This document shows positions 38,691 to 51,811 of a stretch of DNA of 64,000 nucleotides, piece by piece. The notes beneath the pieces are model-generated. The model had not been told where the DNA came from. It saw nothing but the letters and a program-made list of their open reading frames with translations, and did not search any database. Position numbers and translations under genes: made by a program. The stretch covers positions 17,352,430 through 17,416,429 of the forward strand of contig JASCQW010000122.1 in the NCBI GenBank assembly GCA_030264375.1. The letters run 5' to 3'. The first letter of the stretch is position 1. The number at the start of each line of letters is the position of its first letter. This DNA is from Carcharhinus longimanus. Lineage: Eukaryota.

Positions 38691-40353
38691 CAAGGAAGAT
38701 CAGTGTATACTTTCCTCCAGTCTGAAATATATCATCACTATCCTCCGTTTCTGTGCCCAAACTTTAGAATATCGCTGCAACTGTCTTTTTCAATCCTGAG
38801 ATCTTTATTTTTGCTGAAAAGATCAGACTGTGCTGCCTTGCCCAATGTTTTCAAAATGTCCATATAAACACCGTCAACTGCACTATCCTAACTGCTATTG
38901 CATTAACAGCTGCTAACACAAAAAAAGTCTAGATTTTTTTCTCTCTTTTTCTAATCTCCATCACTGCATGAACATCCTTAACAATTGGATTTTGCTGGCT
39001 CATGATCAGAAAATTGCATTTAAACTCCAGAATTCTCAGTTATGCCTGTATGACTTTGTGCTATGCTGCACTTAAATCTTTGGGCATAGATCAATACCAG
39101 TGCATTATTTGCATAACCCATGAAAATCAAGTGAGCAGATCTTTTGAATGGGAACAGTACAATGTAAATGAGTGGCAAACAGCTTTGGTGTGGCGGGAAT
39201 GGGGGGGTGGATGGGTGAAGATGTTTCTTGAAAGTTTTACAAACGATGGAGAAAATTTGTATGTCCTGATGATTCAACATAAAAATCTCAGTCATTTTTG
39301 ATCAAACTTTCTTCAGAAATAATGGCAGTATTCTGTTCCAAGGCCATAGTTACACCTAAAAGCTCCAAGAAGTTATAGGTCAGTATTTTTAGAACCTATA
39401 GAAATTCTATTTAGGAATCTTTAAAAGAGAAACACAACAAGCTCTTGGTGAAGTGATTTATGTGACACTATATGATGTTGCTGATTTCTCACACTATTTG
39501 TTATTTTCTCTTTGATCTGTTGATTTTATTTTGACTAGGTGGTGAAAACTGATTAAGTTAGGATGACGATTTTGTACTTCTTGAACTTCCAGTGGGACTT
39601 TTATGCATTACATACACAATCAGCAGCCAAAATTACCTCTGAGATTTTTTAGTGAAGTTGTCTAGACATCTGCAAATATCCAATTTCTGTGAACAACCAA
39701 GAAAAACTCCACTTTTCTGTCAGCTGGTTTCATTTAAGTATCTTGGAGTCAAAGGGCACAGCATGACCTCATCAAATTAGCCCCTACTGAGAGAGGTGTT
39801 TAAAACAAGTAAAAGGAAGTAATCTGGAGGACATTAAATGCAAATGTGATTTCCATGTGCAAACTTCAAAAGCGCCAAAACCCATAAATGGCTTCTGCAC
39901 AAGGTGAACAAAGCAATCCTCGTGTTCTGTAAATCGATCCAAAATATGGAGCGTTTTCTATCCCCAGAGGGCTCTCAAAATTTGCATGCTGAACCATGAG
40001 CTGGTCAGAAATCTCAACAAATAAGGATGAAAAACAATTACAAAAGAATGTACATCTGTACAACTGTTTAATATACAGTAGAGCTGAATTCCAGGCTCAA
40101 CTACAGAACTGACAATTTAAATTGGATAATTAAACTGGTATACTTGACAATGAAATTTTGTTTTTACAAAAATAAATGTAAAGATAAATTAAAAAAATCT
40201 TCACAGCTTCTGACAATTTATTCTTCAATGGCAATGGAAATTGCGATGGAATTTTTTTTTTCAGCAAATCAATTCCTCTGCTTTAGCTTTGTAATTTTTT
40301 TGTATGGGCAGATATTCTTTACTGGAATCAAGTTTACTGTTGAGTGCAGCTAA

Positions 40354-40623
40354 GATGTGGATATGCCGGCGTTGGACTGGGGTAAACACAGTAAAAAGTC
40401 TGACAACACCAGGTTTAAGTCCAACCGNNNNNNNNNNNNNNNNNNNNNNNNNNNNNNNNNNNNNNNNNNNNNNNNNNNNNNNNNNNNNNNNNNNNNNNNN
40501 NNNNNNNNNNNNNNNNNNNNNNNNNNNTAAACACAGTAAAAAGTCTGACAACACCAGGTTTAAGTCCAACCGATTTATTTGATAGTGAGGGTACTATCAA
40601 ATAAATCGGTTGGACTTAAACCA
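40354..40623 (-). mobile_element. Penelope-like element terminal fragment with inverted (fold-back) end and 11-bp TSD
   Basis: TSD agtgcagctaa at 40343-53 and 40624-34. Perfect 30-bp inverted repeat 40557-86 / 40593-622. Same family as 63506. Confidence 0.75.
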
Positions 40624-41046
40624 AGTGCAGCTAACCCAGCTGAAAAGCTTTTGAATTAAATTAGGCACTTTTAATTTTAGATGCAGCCACTTAATCTATT
40701 CATATGAAATTCCTTCATTTAATATTTTAAAAGGAAGCACTAACCTATTTAAAACTGGTTAAAAGAGTTTAACCCTTTGTTAAGTAGCAGATGAGGGAAT
40801 TTCACATGAATGCATTCTATATTTTTCTATACTAATAATTGAAGACTATACGATCTCATGGAAAATCATCCTATACTCTAAAATTCTGAACTTAAAGGGG
40901 CCTTGTTACTTTAGTTTTCTACCTAGGCAGTACAAATTGTTATTGATATATTTACTGTTACCAATATAGTAACCAGTATAGATAAATAATAAAAACAAAT
41001 CACTCATTATATAAATCTCCTGAACAATTTATATTTTTCTGGATCA

Positions 41047-41345
41047 GACATGGTGGCACAGAGATTAACACTGCTGCCTTACAGCATCAGGGGCTTGGGT
41101 TCGATTCCCAACTTGGGTCACTGCCTGTGTGGAGCTTGCACGTTCTCCCCATGTCTACATGGATTTCCTCCTACAGTCCAAAGATGTGCGGGGTAGGTGG
41201 ATCGGCCATTCTAAATTGCCCCTCAGTGTCATGAGGACTAGCTAGGGTAAATGCATGGGGTTATGGGGATAGGGACTAGGTGGGATTGTGGTCGGTGTAG
41301 ACTCGATGGGCTGAATGGCCAGTTCTGCATTGTAGGATTCTATAA
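41047..41345 (+). mobile_element. HE1-type SINE
   Basis: tggtggcacagagattaacactgctgcc...gggttcgattccc; tail gactcgatgggctgaatggcc...ggattctat. Confidence 0.88.
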
Positions 41346-42559
41346 CAAGATCCATTTTCTTGATGTGTCAGTAAGTGAGAAGACAATAGTTTCACATTTC
41401 CACACACCTTCAGTTTGACCCTATTTTCCATGTTGTGCCCCCTATAGAGACTGATGTGATTGGCTTGCTAATACATTTGTCACTATAACTGACCCTAGAT
41501 ACAGCAGGGCAGAAAATGGCACTACATCACTACAATTAGTTTAAAAGATACTGGTAGAGAGAGTAAGTAAAATATTTTAATTAAAAAATGTTATTACCTG
41601 CTGTTCCATTTAAAAGAACCCAGTGGTGAGGGTAACGCATTTTGCAAGTGCGGAAGATGACACTAGGTTCCAATACTGTATTTTCATTAAGTTTCTGAGA
41701 TTGTTGCAGCAGCCAATATAATTGTGTTCAGGAGAATGTTCCAAATAGGTTCTTATAAAAATGCATCCAACCTGAAACCTCCATTAAATTAATAATGCAT
41801 CTTTAATGAATCAAGATATTAACAAAAAATGTAAGACTCCACTTTAACTTTCATGCAAGTGATTAGGACTAAATAGATAACTCTTTCAAAAAGCTGAGAC
41901 AGGCATGGTGGGCTGAATGGCCTCATTATGTGTGGCATTATTCTGAAATTCTTTGCAATTAAAAAAAACTTACTGAGACCTGCAATTCTACTCAACCAAA
42001 ATGCTGTCAGTCTCAAGTGCACCCAAATCTTTTTGGACCCTCGTCATTCCTACACTTTCAGAAGATCTAAGCCCTTCCTGCTATGGTTGTAATCAACTTG
42101 GTATAATGTAAAACATTAAGCAGATGGTCTATAATTACTTGGTAATTGATGTATGCACTCTGTCAAGACTATGAGGGCACCAAAGTACTCATAAACATTT
42201 GCAAATGCAACTGTGAATCAGTTCTGCTGGTATTTCACATGAAAGGGGCATTTTGTACATGTACAGCAATGTGATGACACCTCTAAGCATGCTATGGCAA
42301 GTTTCCCACAGCTCAGGGATAATGTTTATTTAGAGTAATATATGGTAACAAAATGTTTATGCTAGCTTTCAAAATCATTTAGATTTATTTGAGGCAGTCA
42401 TGACATTTGATATCAGACAAATCAGTGATCATGACAGTAATCCCTTAATGAAAGAACATTGATGGTTCTGGAAGTATAAACAACATTTTATTGCAGCTTT
42501 AATCAGTTCTATTTTTGAAAATATTATTTCCTATGGATAAAGATGTGAATATGGAAACT

Positions 42560-43525
42560 TTACTGCTTTCCCTTGCCACATTATCAGATTGCTTATCTGA
42601 CACTCAGTGTTGGATGAGCGGAAAATTCCTCCAATTAATTGGAAAGACTGTAGCCATTGTTTTTGGTTCTCTGTCCAAACTTTGTTCCCTAGCTATCAAC
42701 TCCAACTCTCTCCTGGCAACAGTCGGAGAAGCCAGTTTGTTCACAACCTTGGTGTCACACTTGATTCTGAGAGGAGCTTCTGACTTCATATTCGTGCTAC
42801 AACAAAAGTTGTAGCATATTTCCATCTTTGTAACATTATCTGACTTCACACGTCTCAGCTCATCTGCTGCTGAAGTCGTCATTCATGCCTTTGGTACCTT
42901 TAGACTTAACTATTTACAGCACTCCTGGATGGTTTCCCATATTCCATCCTCAGTAAACTTGAGATCATCCAAAATTCAGCTGCCTGTGTCTTAACTCATA
43001 GCAAATCCCATTTTCCTATCATTACTGTGCTCAGTAACTTACATTGCCTCCTGGTCAAGCAACGTCTTGACTTTATAATGCTCATTCTGGTTTCCAAATC
43101 CCTCCATGACTTTCATCTGTCCATATCTTTGGACTCTCCTCCAGCTTTGCATCCTTCGGAAACATTTGCATTCCTCTAATTCTGGATTTGTGTGCATTTC
43201 CAATTTTAATTGCTTCACCATTCGTGGCTGTGCATTCAAATTGTCCACATCCCAAATTGTGGAACTTCATCGCTACACCTCTCTGCATCTCTACTTCATT
43301 TTCCTCCATTAAGACACCGCCTAAAATCTTTGATTTGATTTATGATTGTTACATGTATTAGTGTACAGTGAAAAATATTGATCTACTTATTGAATCTACA
43401 TTTTTGACCAAGTTTTTGACCCAATATTTCTTTATGTGGCTGGGCATTCTACTTTGTTTCATAATGCTCTTGTGTAGCACGTTGGAATGTTTCAAGGCAC
43501 TTTATAAATATAAGTTGTTGCTATC
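42560..43525 (+). mobile_element. L2-clade LINE 3' portion (decayed RT)
   Basis: CLSDTQCWMSGKFLQLIGKT, AAEVVIHAFGTFRLNY, LSKLEIIQNSAACVLT. L2-type tail aggcactttataaatataagttgttg. A ~50 bp Rex1-like tail is inserted at ~43330-43380. Confidence 0.85.
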
Positions 43526-43625
43526 AGTGGCTTATACAGATAAGACACTCAATACCAGGGGACTGTAATTCATATAGCTGGTGAAATTCCAACAGAAATT
43601 CTGAATGATTGAGCCAAAATCTATA

Positions 43626-44395
43626 GGCCTAAATCCTCCGGCTCCACATAGCCATATTTCAGAAGATGGACTACAGGACCCCTTGGAGGTCCAGACTCTG
43701 AGGATTGTTTAAGAAGACTATACTTCTGATGCACAATTCCCTTGCATCTGGGAGTCTCCAAAACATCTCCAACTCTGAGGGTTCTGACTCAAGTTACCTG
43801 GATAGTTATCCAAAAAGTGTTGTACAGAAAATAAACCATGTCTAACTCCTGGGTAACTATACAACTAACATGTTGGCTGTATTCTCTCTCCACAGATGCT
43901 GGCAGATCTGCTGAGTTTATTCAGCAATTTCTGTTTTTGTTTCAGATTCCAGCATTTGCAATATTTTGCCTTTAACAGTCCCACTACCCACTGACCCCTC
44001 TGATTGCCCCCTCAACACTTTTGACTTCCCCTGACCCTCAGACCTCGCCAACCCTTGCAAACACCAATTCCCCCCAACCTAACTTGACACAATTTCACCA
44101 CAACCCACACTGCCAACTACCGCCCTACCCATTTACCTCACTCACACATGTTCACTAATACAGTGAAAAGCTACTTAAATGTCCCAAAGCTTTCCAATGT
44201 GACCTAACAAAATATGGCAGCTGATGCTGGGAAATGGAGATATGGCTAGGCTCCCCTGACAAGGAAAGACTCAGAACAGGTGTGCTCAGCATTTCTGAAA
44301 CAGTGGTTCGGCAGTCCAGGCAAGAAATGCAGAGCTCTGGCGCTTTGTAAAAATAATAGGAGCCAGTGATTACCACTGCTCAGAAGATTTGGTTC
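43626..44395. mobile_element. MITE-like element (~770 bp) containing a Penelope-derived short repeat at ~43870-43970
   Basis: Imperfect TIRs ggcctaaatcctcc / agaagatttggttc. Confidence 0.4.
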
Positions 44396-45314
44396 ATAAT
44401 CTTCGTGGAAAAGCAGAGATAATTTAACGATAATCTAATGAGATGTCTTTGTCCTACTGTGATGTTAATTTAGCGGCCAATTATTAAATAATAATTTGTT
44501 ATCTGGCTTTCAACGCGGTCCAAAAGATTAAAATGAAGTCTTCACTCTTTTTCTTGCCTGAAAGATACAGAACTAAATTAGATTGATCACACCTGACCTT
44601 GAAACACTTACTGACACTGGAGGAGGAAAGTGATAAATGTATCACTGCCCAAAATGAACATCTTTGATAAGTATAACAATTCACCGAGTAGAAATGCATA
44701 CAAAATGAAATGAAAAAGAACTGTAACCAGAAGTACACTCATCGGCTACATATTGTTGCAAAAAGCATGCTCTTGCTCAAGTTCCACAACAGCATCATTA
44801 TGGATACTTTTGCACTGATTAATCCCACACGGATGCAGATATCACAGGATCACTGGAATGGTGTTGAAAACAGAAAAGCTGCCAGATCACCTGGGAACTA
44901 TTTCAAAGCAATTTAAACAAAAAAAACCTTACTTCCCACTCATTGCATTCCTTCTTGTATCAGTGTTTTAATAGCTTGCTTTCAGTACTATTGCATAACC
45001 AGCCACTAGGCAGTGCACTGAGTCTATTTTCCCAATGGCACAGCCATGACTGGAAACTGTGTAGCATTTTATTAACTTGCACTACAATATAGTAACTTTG
45101 TATTCACTTTTCATTCCAACTAAACATCACAACGGTCTTCTACCTTTTGTTCAAGAAAATACCAAGCTAAAAGTAAGTGGGACCGCAAAGATTTTAGATA
45201 TTTTGTTCTAAAAATCCGTCTTATTCTAATCTTGGAATTCCTTTGGTCTATGGTCTAAAACTGATCCAAAATCATAAATGCCACAATGGCCTCATTTGCA
45301 AACAATTTAGGATT

Positions 45315-45590
45315 GGTAGTTAGCACTGCTGCCTCACAGCACCAGGGATCTGGGTTTGATTCCCAGCTTGGATCACTGCATGTGTGGATATCTTCCGAAT
45401 GCTCCAGTTTCCTCCCACAGTCCAAAGATATGCAGGTTAGATGAATTGGCCATGGTAAATTGCCCCTTATTCTCAGGAGGACTAGCTAGGGTAAATGCAT
45501 GGGGTTATGGGAAAAGGGTCTGGGTGGGATTGTGGTCAGTGCAGACTCAACGGGCCAAATAGGCTCCTTCTGCACTGTAGGATTCTATAA
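45315..45590 (+). mobile_element. HE1-type SINE (5'-truncated, internally deleted)
   Basis: gttagcactgctgcctcacagcaccaggg...ggtttgattccc; tail ggctccttctgcactgtaggattctat. Confidence 0.88.
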
Positions 45591-47570
45591 AATACTTTAA
45601 GCATCTTTGCAATTGGGCAATATTTGAGAATCATCTGTTCATTAAGTATGAATGTACCCAGAAAAAATGTCAGGTTCATTTTCAAGAATTTTCAACCCAG
45701 AAATTAATACAAAAAGAATATTTTTCATGTCTTTTTAAAAAGAAAATTTATTGAAGAGTAAATCAATTTTGATCCAGTTATAAAAGGGCATTTCTAAAAT
45801 GTTGGCTGAAAAATCCAACAAAGCATTTTTAATAATCAAGGAGAAAGTTAATCTTGAAGGGCCCTTTGTTTATGGACGGATGATAGTTCCTAATTAGTTT
45901 ACTTTTGATAGTTTCTGGAATCAGAAGAAATTACTGAAATAAGTGTCATTTGATCTTGGTAAAGAGAGGAAATAGTGATTTACTGAATTTAACCTGGTAT
46001 CAGACTTCTGATGAAAGGTCTCAGACCTCAAATGTTCACTTTGTTTCTCTCCAAAAATGCTGCTTGATCTGCTAAGCATTTCCAGCATTTTCTGATCTTA
46101 TTTCAGATTTCCAGAATCCACAGTATTTTGCTCCTATATCAACCAGAATTTACTTTTTCACATTGAACTTCCAATATGTTGCTTCATGGGGTTGCAATTT
46201 TGCTTGAAAGCAAGATTTGGCATTCTCATCACGGAGTTATGGCCATAGGTTAAAGTCTCAATGAATACTTGAGCATTGAAATAGGCTAATGTTCCATTGA
46301 GAACTGAGGGTGTGCTGCATTGATGGAACTTTTCATACTTTCGATGAGTCAATAAACCATGGACTGGATGGAAGGAAAATTCAAAAGCTGGCCCCTAAGC
46401 AATAACACATGGCAGTGCGCTGAGTGGTCTGAGGGTCCAACTTCCACTGCTTCTACCTTTGACAGCAAATAGCTGGCAGTTCTCACAGTCCCAGTGGCAC
46501 CAGAATTCAGTCATCGGGTCTGGCAGGACTACAAGGAGTCCCTGGGAAGAAGATCACAATGATCAAAGACAGGTAAGTCCTAGGCTTTTAGGGTGGGAGG
46601 GAGCAGAAAGCGCCAGATTTTGGAGGAAAGGCTAGGAGGAATGGGAGGTGGGGAAGCAGGGGGCGTGACATCTTGGGGAAATAAGGTGCATAGACCACTT
46701 TCCGGTTGATGAGACCACTCTCCCTTTCCTTCCTGCCTTTTCAAAGAAGCGGGTTCAAACACAGCCTTTGCGTTCTGGCCTAAGTGGAGAAGGAATGAGG
46801 CCCTTAATTGCCAATTAAGAGCACTTAACAGGCTTAATAAACACAGGGGCCTGTAACCAAGTGAATAACCTCTCCATTACCACCTTGATCCATCCCTATG
46901 TCATGGGGAACAGGTCAGGAGTGGACAGGAAGGCTGAGCACCCAACGTACTTTACATGCCCCCGCTGCTGAAAACACTCCATAAAATCATGATTCAAGCC
47001 TCATGTCCCAGTGGTTCTGATGGGTGTCAGGAAGGCACTATTCAAAAGGATAAGGAGCCTCCCCTCATAAACAGGGTTTGGATTATCATTGCTTTCTATG
47101 ACATAGAAAGCAAGAGCCAGGTCTTTATGTCAGAAAACCACATTGGATGGGAAACAGACTTCAGTTTCAGGTTTTTCCAGAGAAGAGACAATAAAAGATC
47201 CACTTTGGGTTTCCTGTTCAAACAGCAATACAGAACTTGAATATGGCTGTAAAGAGACATGTTACTGAAGGTTTTCATTTTGCACTCAGCAGGACAAACA
47301 CAAAAATGCAAAACTTCAAATGATCACAACAACTTATATTATGAGAGAGAAGAATGTTAATTGATTAACAAGTCAATTCTGATTGGTTGACACGTTGTCA
47401 TGGAACAGGGAATTACAGATCCCCAAGTTCTTAGATAATTTCAAAAAGGAGCAAGGTTTGAACATGTTACTTTTAGGAGAACAGGTCTCTACGTACGAAA
47501 GTATGTAACTTCTAGGCAGTGGTGTAGCACTGCTGGAGTGGATTGGTGCACCACCCTGCCATCTGGCTGT

Positions 47571-47822
47571 GCGAGGCAGCCAGAGCAGCAACAGGGAGGC
47601 CCGCACAAGGCAGCCAGAGCAGCAGTGGGAAGACCCGCGCAAGGCAGCCAAAGCAGCAACAGGGAGGCCCACACAAGGAAGCCAGAGCAGCAACAGGGAG
47701 GCCCAAGCAAGGCAGTCAGAGCAGCAGTGGGGAGGCCCGCACGAGGCAGCCAGAGCAGCAGCAGGGAGGCCTGTGCGAGGCAGCCAGTTTAGCAGCAGAG
47801 AGGCCCGTGCGAGGCAGCCACA
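47571..47822. repeat. GC-rich minisatellite, 34-bp unit x ~7.4
   Basis: Head-to-tail units of consensus RCRAGGCAGCCAGAGCAGCARYRGGGAGGCCCGC with no spacers. Confidence 0.93.
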
Positions 47823-48054
47823 GTAATTCACATTAATCTCTTGGCTGTGACGACCTGAGTATATGAAATGCTATATTCCCTGTTCGCTGTTTTACATGGA
47901 ATTTATAGCAAAGAAGCACACCATCTGCCCGACTCTGTCCATTTTGCTGTTTATGTACCATACAACCTTCCTCCCATTCTCCTTGTTCAAATGATCAGGG
48001 TAACCTTCAGCTTCTTCCTCATGTGTTTATCAACTTCCTTGAATGTATCTATAC

Positions 48055-48750
48055 TAGAATCATAGAATGGTCACAGCATCAAAAGGGGCCATTCAGCACA
48101 TAACCTTCGGTTCATTTCCCTGCAAAGGCAACTCAACTAGTCCTACTCCTGTACCTTTTCTTACTGAGCTGAGGGAACTTTCTCTCTTCAGATAATTACC
48201 CAGTTGTCTTTCGAAACCTTCTCTCTTCAGATAATTATCCAGTTCCTTTTTGAAAACCACAATTGCTTCACTACATGCTCAGGCAGTGCATCCCAGATCC
48301 AAACCACTTATTGCAGAAAGAGATTTTTCCTCATATCACATCTGGGTTTTTTTTTGTTAATCACGTTAGGGTTCTTGTCCTACCTTCTGCAGGTAGTAAA
48401 GGTTTACTCTATCCAGACTCATGATTTTGAACATGTCTAACAAATCTCCTCCCAACCTTTTCTTCTCCAAGGAGAACAGCCCCAGGTTCACCAAGCTTTC
48501 CATGTAACAAAGTCTCTCATTCTTAGAAAAATTATTATAAATCTTTTCCACACCATTTCTAACATACTTCACATTGAAGCAGAACCAATATTTCCTGAAG
48601 GTCCATAACTTACTTATTTTTGTACTCTGTACCCATGTATAAAGTGCAGGAATCAGTACAATTTATTAACTGTTTTCTTAATCTGTCATGCCACCATCAT
48701 TGATTTATGTACATATACACCCAGGTCTCTTTGCTCCTGCATTTCCTTTA
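48055..48750 (-). mobile_element. Old CR1 3' fragment
   Basis: tagaatcatagaat tail. Peptide LVNLGLFSLEKKRLGGDLLDMFKIM. Confidence 0.75.
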
Positions 48751-51736
48751 GAAAACTTCACATAATTTCAAAATAATTTTTTGAAGATTATTTATAATAT
48801 TTTAGCTTCAAGCTTAGTCCAGACAAAATCATTCACAGGCCCTTGGGCCCTCAATGTTGTGCTTAGCTATGTCTGAACCCAAGATCAAGCTATTTCACTT
48901 CCTATCATTCTGGTGTGTTCCATGTGCCTATCCAATAACCGCTTGAAAGTTCCTAAAGTGTCCGACTCCACTATCACAGCAGGAACTTTTCTATTTGAAA
49001 GATAAATTAACAGCATTAGGAGTCAGTGCTTTTAACTTCCTGGTTTGCTGTCTATGAGAATGCTTCACTATGACAGGCTGCTCACGCCATTTGTTGATAT
49101 CACAGCTGTTGGATGCCTGGAGATCCTTCTGACAGATTTAGATTGGTGTAAGAGTATTTAGATTTTAGTTACATCATTGTGGGCAGCTTTCATCAAGGTG
49201 AGCACCATGGCTTCATCACCAGCTGCAAAATCAAGCCAAAAAAAAAAGCCAGGCAGCTTGCCTGGTCACATATGGTCCTTATTCTGTCTCCATTTTAGAT
49301 CTGGCAGGGGAAGGGGAAGGCAAGATGAGTAGCCCAGCAGCTTTCACCAAGCAGATTGCTGTCAGGCAGGAAAGGGGTTGCCTCCATTGGGTGGCGGGGA
49401 AAGGGGCTTTGGTGAATCCCCTGTACCCATTAGAGTCACCACATCTGTAAGAGTGAACTTTCCCCCCTTTAATGCACCTCTGGCCTTTCAAACCAACCAA
49501 CCAACTCCCCCCTGCCCCATTCCCATCTCTCCACTCTCTTGGGTCTTTCAACCAGTGTCCATTACCACAGGCTTATCTTTAAGTCTGGGCTTCATCAGTT
49601 TTCTTCCTCTAGGACTTCCTGTAGTACCAGCAGTGGTCACCGCTCAATCCTGGTGCCACTGGAACAACAGAGCTGCTGCTGGACAATCAGATGGTCAGCA
49701 GCTCTGTAGAGTAGGATTTCCTCCTTGATATGGGCAGATGCCCACTCAATCAATTAAGGCACCCCCAAAGGCCTACCAGCCTCTGATTTCACTAGGGGGA
49801 CTGGGAATTCATCCCCACATTAAATCCAGCCCAAACTCTTAGCTTGCATTTGTAGACCAGTAACTGAAAACCAATTTATCAGTCTGGAAGAAGAGTTGAT
49901 ACCAACAATCTCAACCAGTTTTAAATCTCAGTTGCAGGGTACAAGTTAGAAATTTGAATTTTACCTCTGGACTCTGTTCAGAACCAATCCTGGCTGATAC
50001 GTTAGATGTCTTTGTCTGCCACCTGTAAGCATGTCATAGCTGTGTCAATATTGTTGTGGTAGTGTGCAATTGATTTTACATNNNNNNNNNNTGGCACCAG
50101 ATCCACTAGACCAGGTCTGTGCATCCTTTATGCCCACACAGTGCCGGAAACAGACAATGTTCCATTTCAAAGCAAGAATGAGATGAAGAACCTGTGGGAC
50201 TGATTCCAAGAAGCATTTTTCCGCACAATGGGATGAATTATCTGGAACTCATTTGTGGGTGCTGAGTCCATGCACATTGTCAGGTGCCCATTGGCACTGC
50301 CTTCCAGGAGGCAGCCTCCTAACTGGCAACCTAACTTTTGCCAACCTATGAGGGATGGTGTGTGTTCCTGAGGCAGAGGCCTAGTCAAAGGACCTCCAGC
50401 ACAGGACAGCTGGCAGCACGGCTAGGAGAGGTGGGTAACACTGATGCAGAAAGGCAATTACAATGTGCAAAAATACCAAATGTTTTCTGCAACTTTGAGA
50501 ATGAAGAGGTCCAGAGCTGGTAGGAACATCAGTTCGGGGGCGATTCGCCTTCCACAGGATTGTTTATGGTCACTGCTGGGCTGATTATCCTGGTGGTTCC
50601 TTCATTGAGGAAAGGAGCTTCTGGCTCCACTAGGCCCCTGGTCTACTACTGGGTAGCTGCCAACAAAAAGTTGCTTGGCTCCACATTTAGTGGGGGATGC
50701 TGCTCTGATAATAGGAAGTCACTGTCTTTAGAAAATAGCCCCTTCGTAACAGGCTGTGGACTTTGTTCTGAGCCTGCCACAGGCAGGTTCACTCATTGGC
50801 AGGAAGATGATAGAAGCTATCCCTATGCAATTTCCCCAGTGTTTACCGGTCTCTTCCTCCAAACCAGTCTCCACATGACTAAGAAAAATTAGCCCAATGA
50901 GCCATGTTTTTGAGAAGTAAAGCTCTGAAACGATTTTAGACCAGTGATAGGCGACCTAGGCTAGTGAGTGGGCTGTATGAGTGACCCTCAAGATTGAAAT
51001 TTGGCATGTTTACTAACTATGATCCTTGAATAAGATTGAACATATTTAATTCACGCTGAATAACAAGTTATAGAAAATGCTTAATCATTCATATAAAATG
51101 GTAAAATGAAAATAAATATTTACACTTCGATTGGATGCAGAGCGAACACATGGCTCTCAGTCAATGTTGTGTGCAATCAGCATACACCTCACTTCAGGTG
51201 CCTTTGCTTTATCTATCTATCACTTCAGTCATACCAGTAGGCAGAAAACTACATGGATGGAAACCAGCAAAACATAGCAACTCTGCGTGTGGGCATCAGT
51301 CAACAAAATATCTCATTCAGAAACCTGATGAGCCATATGTGGTACCCGCCCCACCCCCCCACCCCCCTGTGCCAGGTTAGAGTGTATTTAAGATAGAGAT
51401 AAATAGGCTGTTAATTGGTAAGAGGATCAAAAGGTTACGAGGAAAAGGTAGGAGAATGAGGTTGAGAAACTCATCAGCCATGTTTGAATTGCGAACGAGA
51501 CTTGATAAGCCGAATGGCCTAATTCTCCTATATCTTATGACCACTATTTCAGACCCATTTGGATGCTGGAATAGGGACCGCAAGCATCTGGGGTGCATGA
51601 TAAATAAGTTTTCTCATCCAAATTTGTCAGATAACACTGAAAACAGTCAGCAGGAAGATGGTGAGAAGGCCATCCACTTTATTCTATGAGCACTCCCACC
51701 TTCAAGTATACTGGCAAGGGAGGGGAGGGTAATACT

Positions 51737-51811
51737 AGAACATAGAACATAGAACATTACAGCGCAGAACAGGCCCTTCGGCCCACGATGTTGCGCCGAC
51801 CAGTTACAAAA
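51737..51811 (-). mobile_element. Young CR1 3' end at the edge of an N gap
   Basis: (TAGAACA)3 tail followed by cagcgcagaacaggcccttcggcccacgatgttgcgccgac with CpGs intact. Confidence 0.8.

Noticed and set aside
44499-45060. Strong minus-strand acceptor at ~44558 and donor at ~44932
   Set aside because: All frames close quickly and no phase-consistent coding exon can be built.
47571-47822. CRISPR-like periodicity and six overlapping ORFs
   Set aside because: Units are contiguous with no unique spacers, there are no cas genes and the context is vertebrate. The ORFs arise from a stop-poor repeat.
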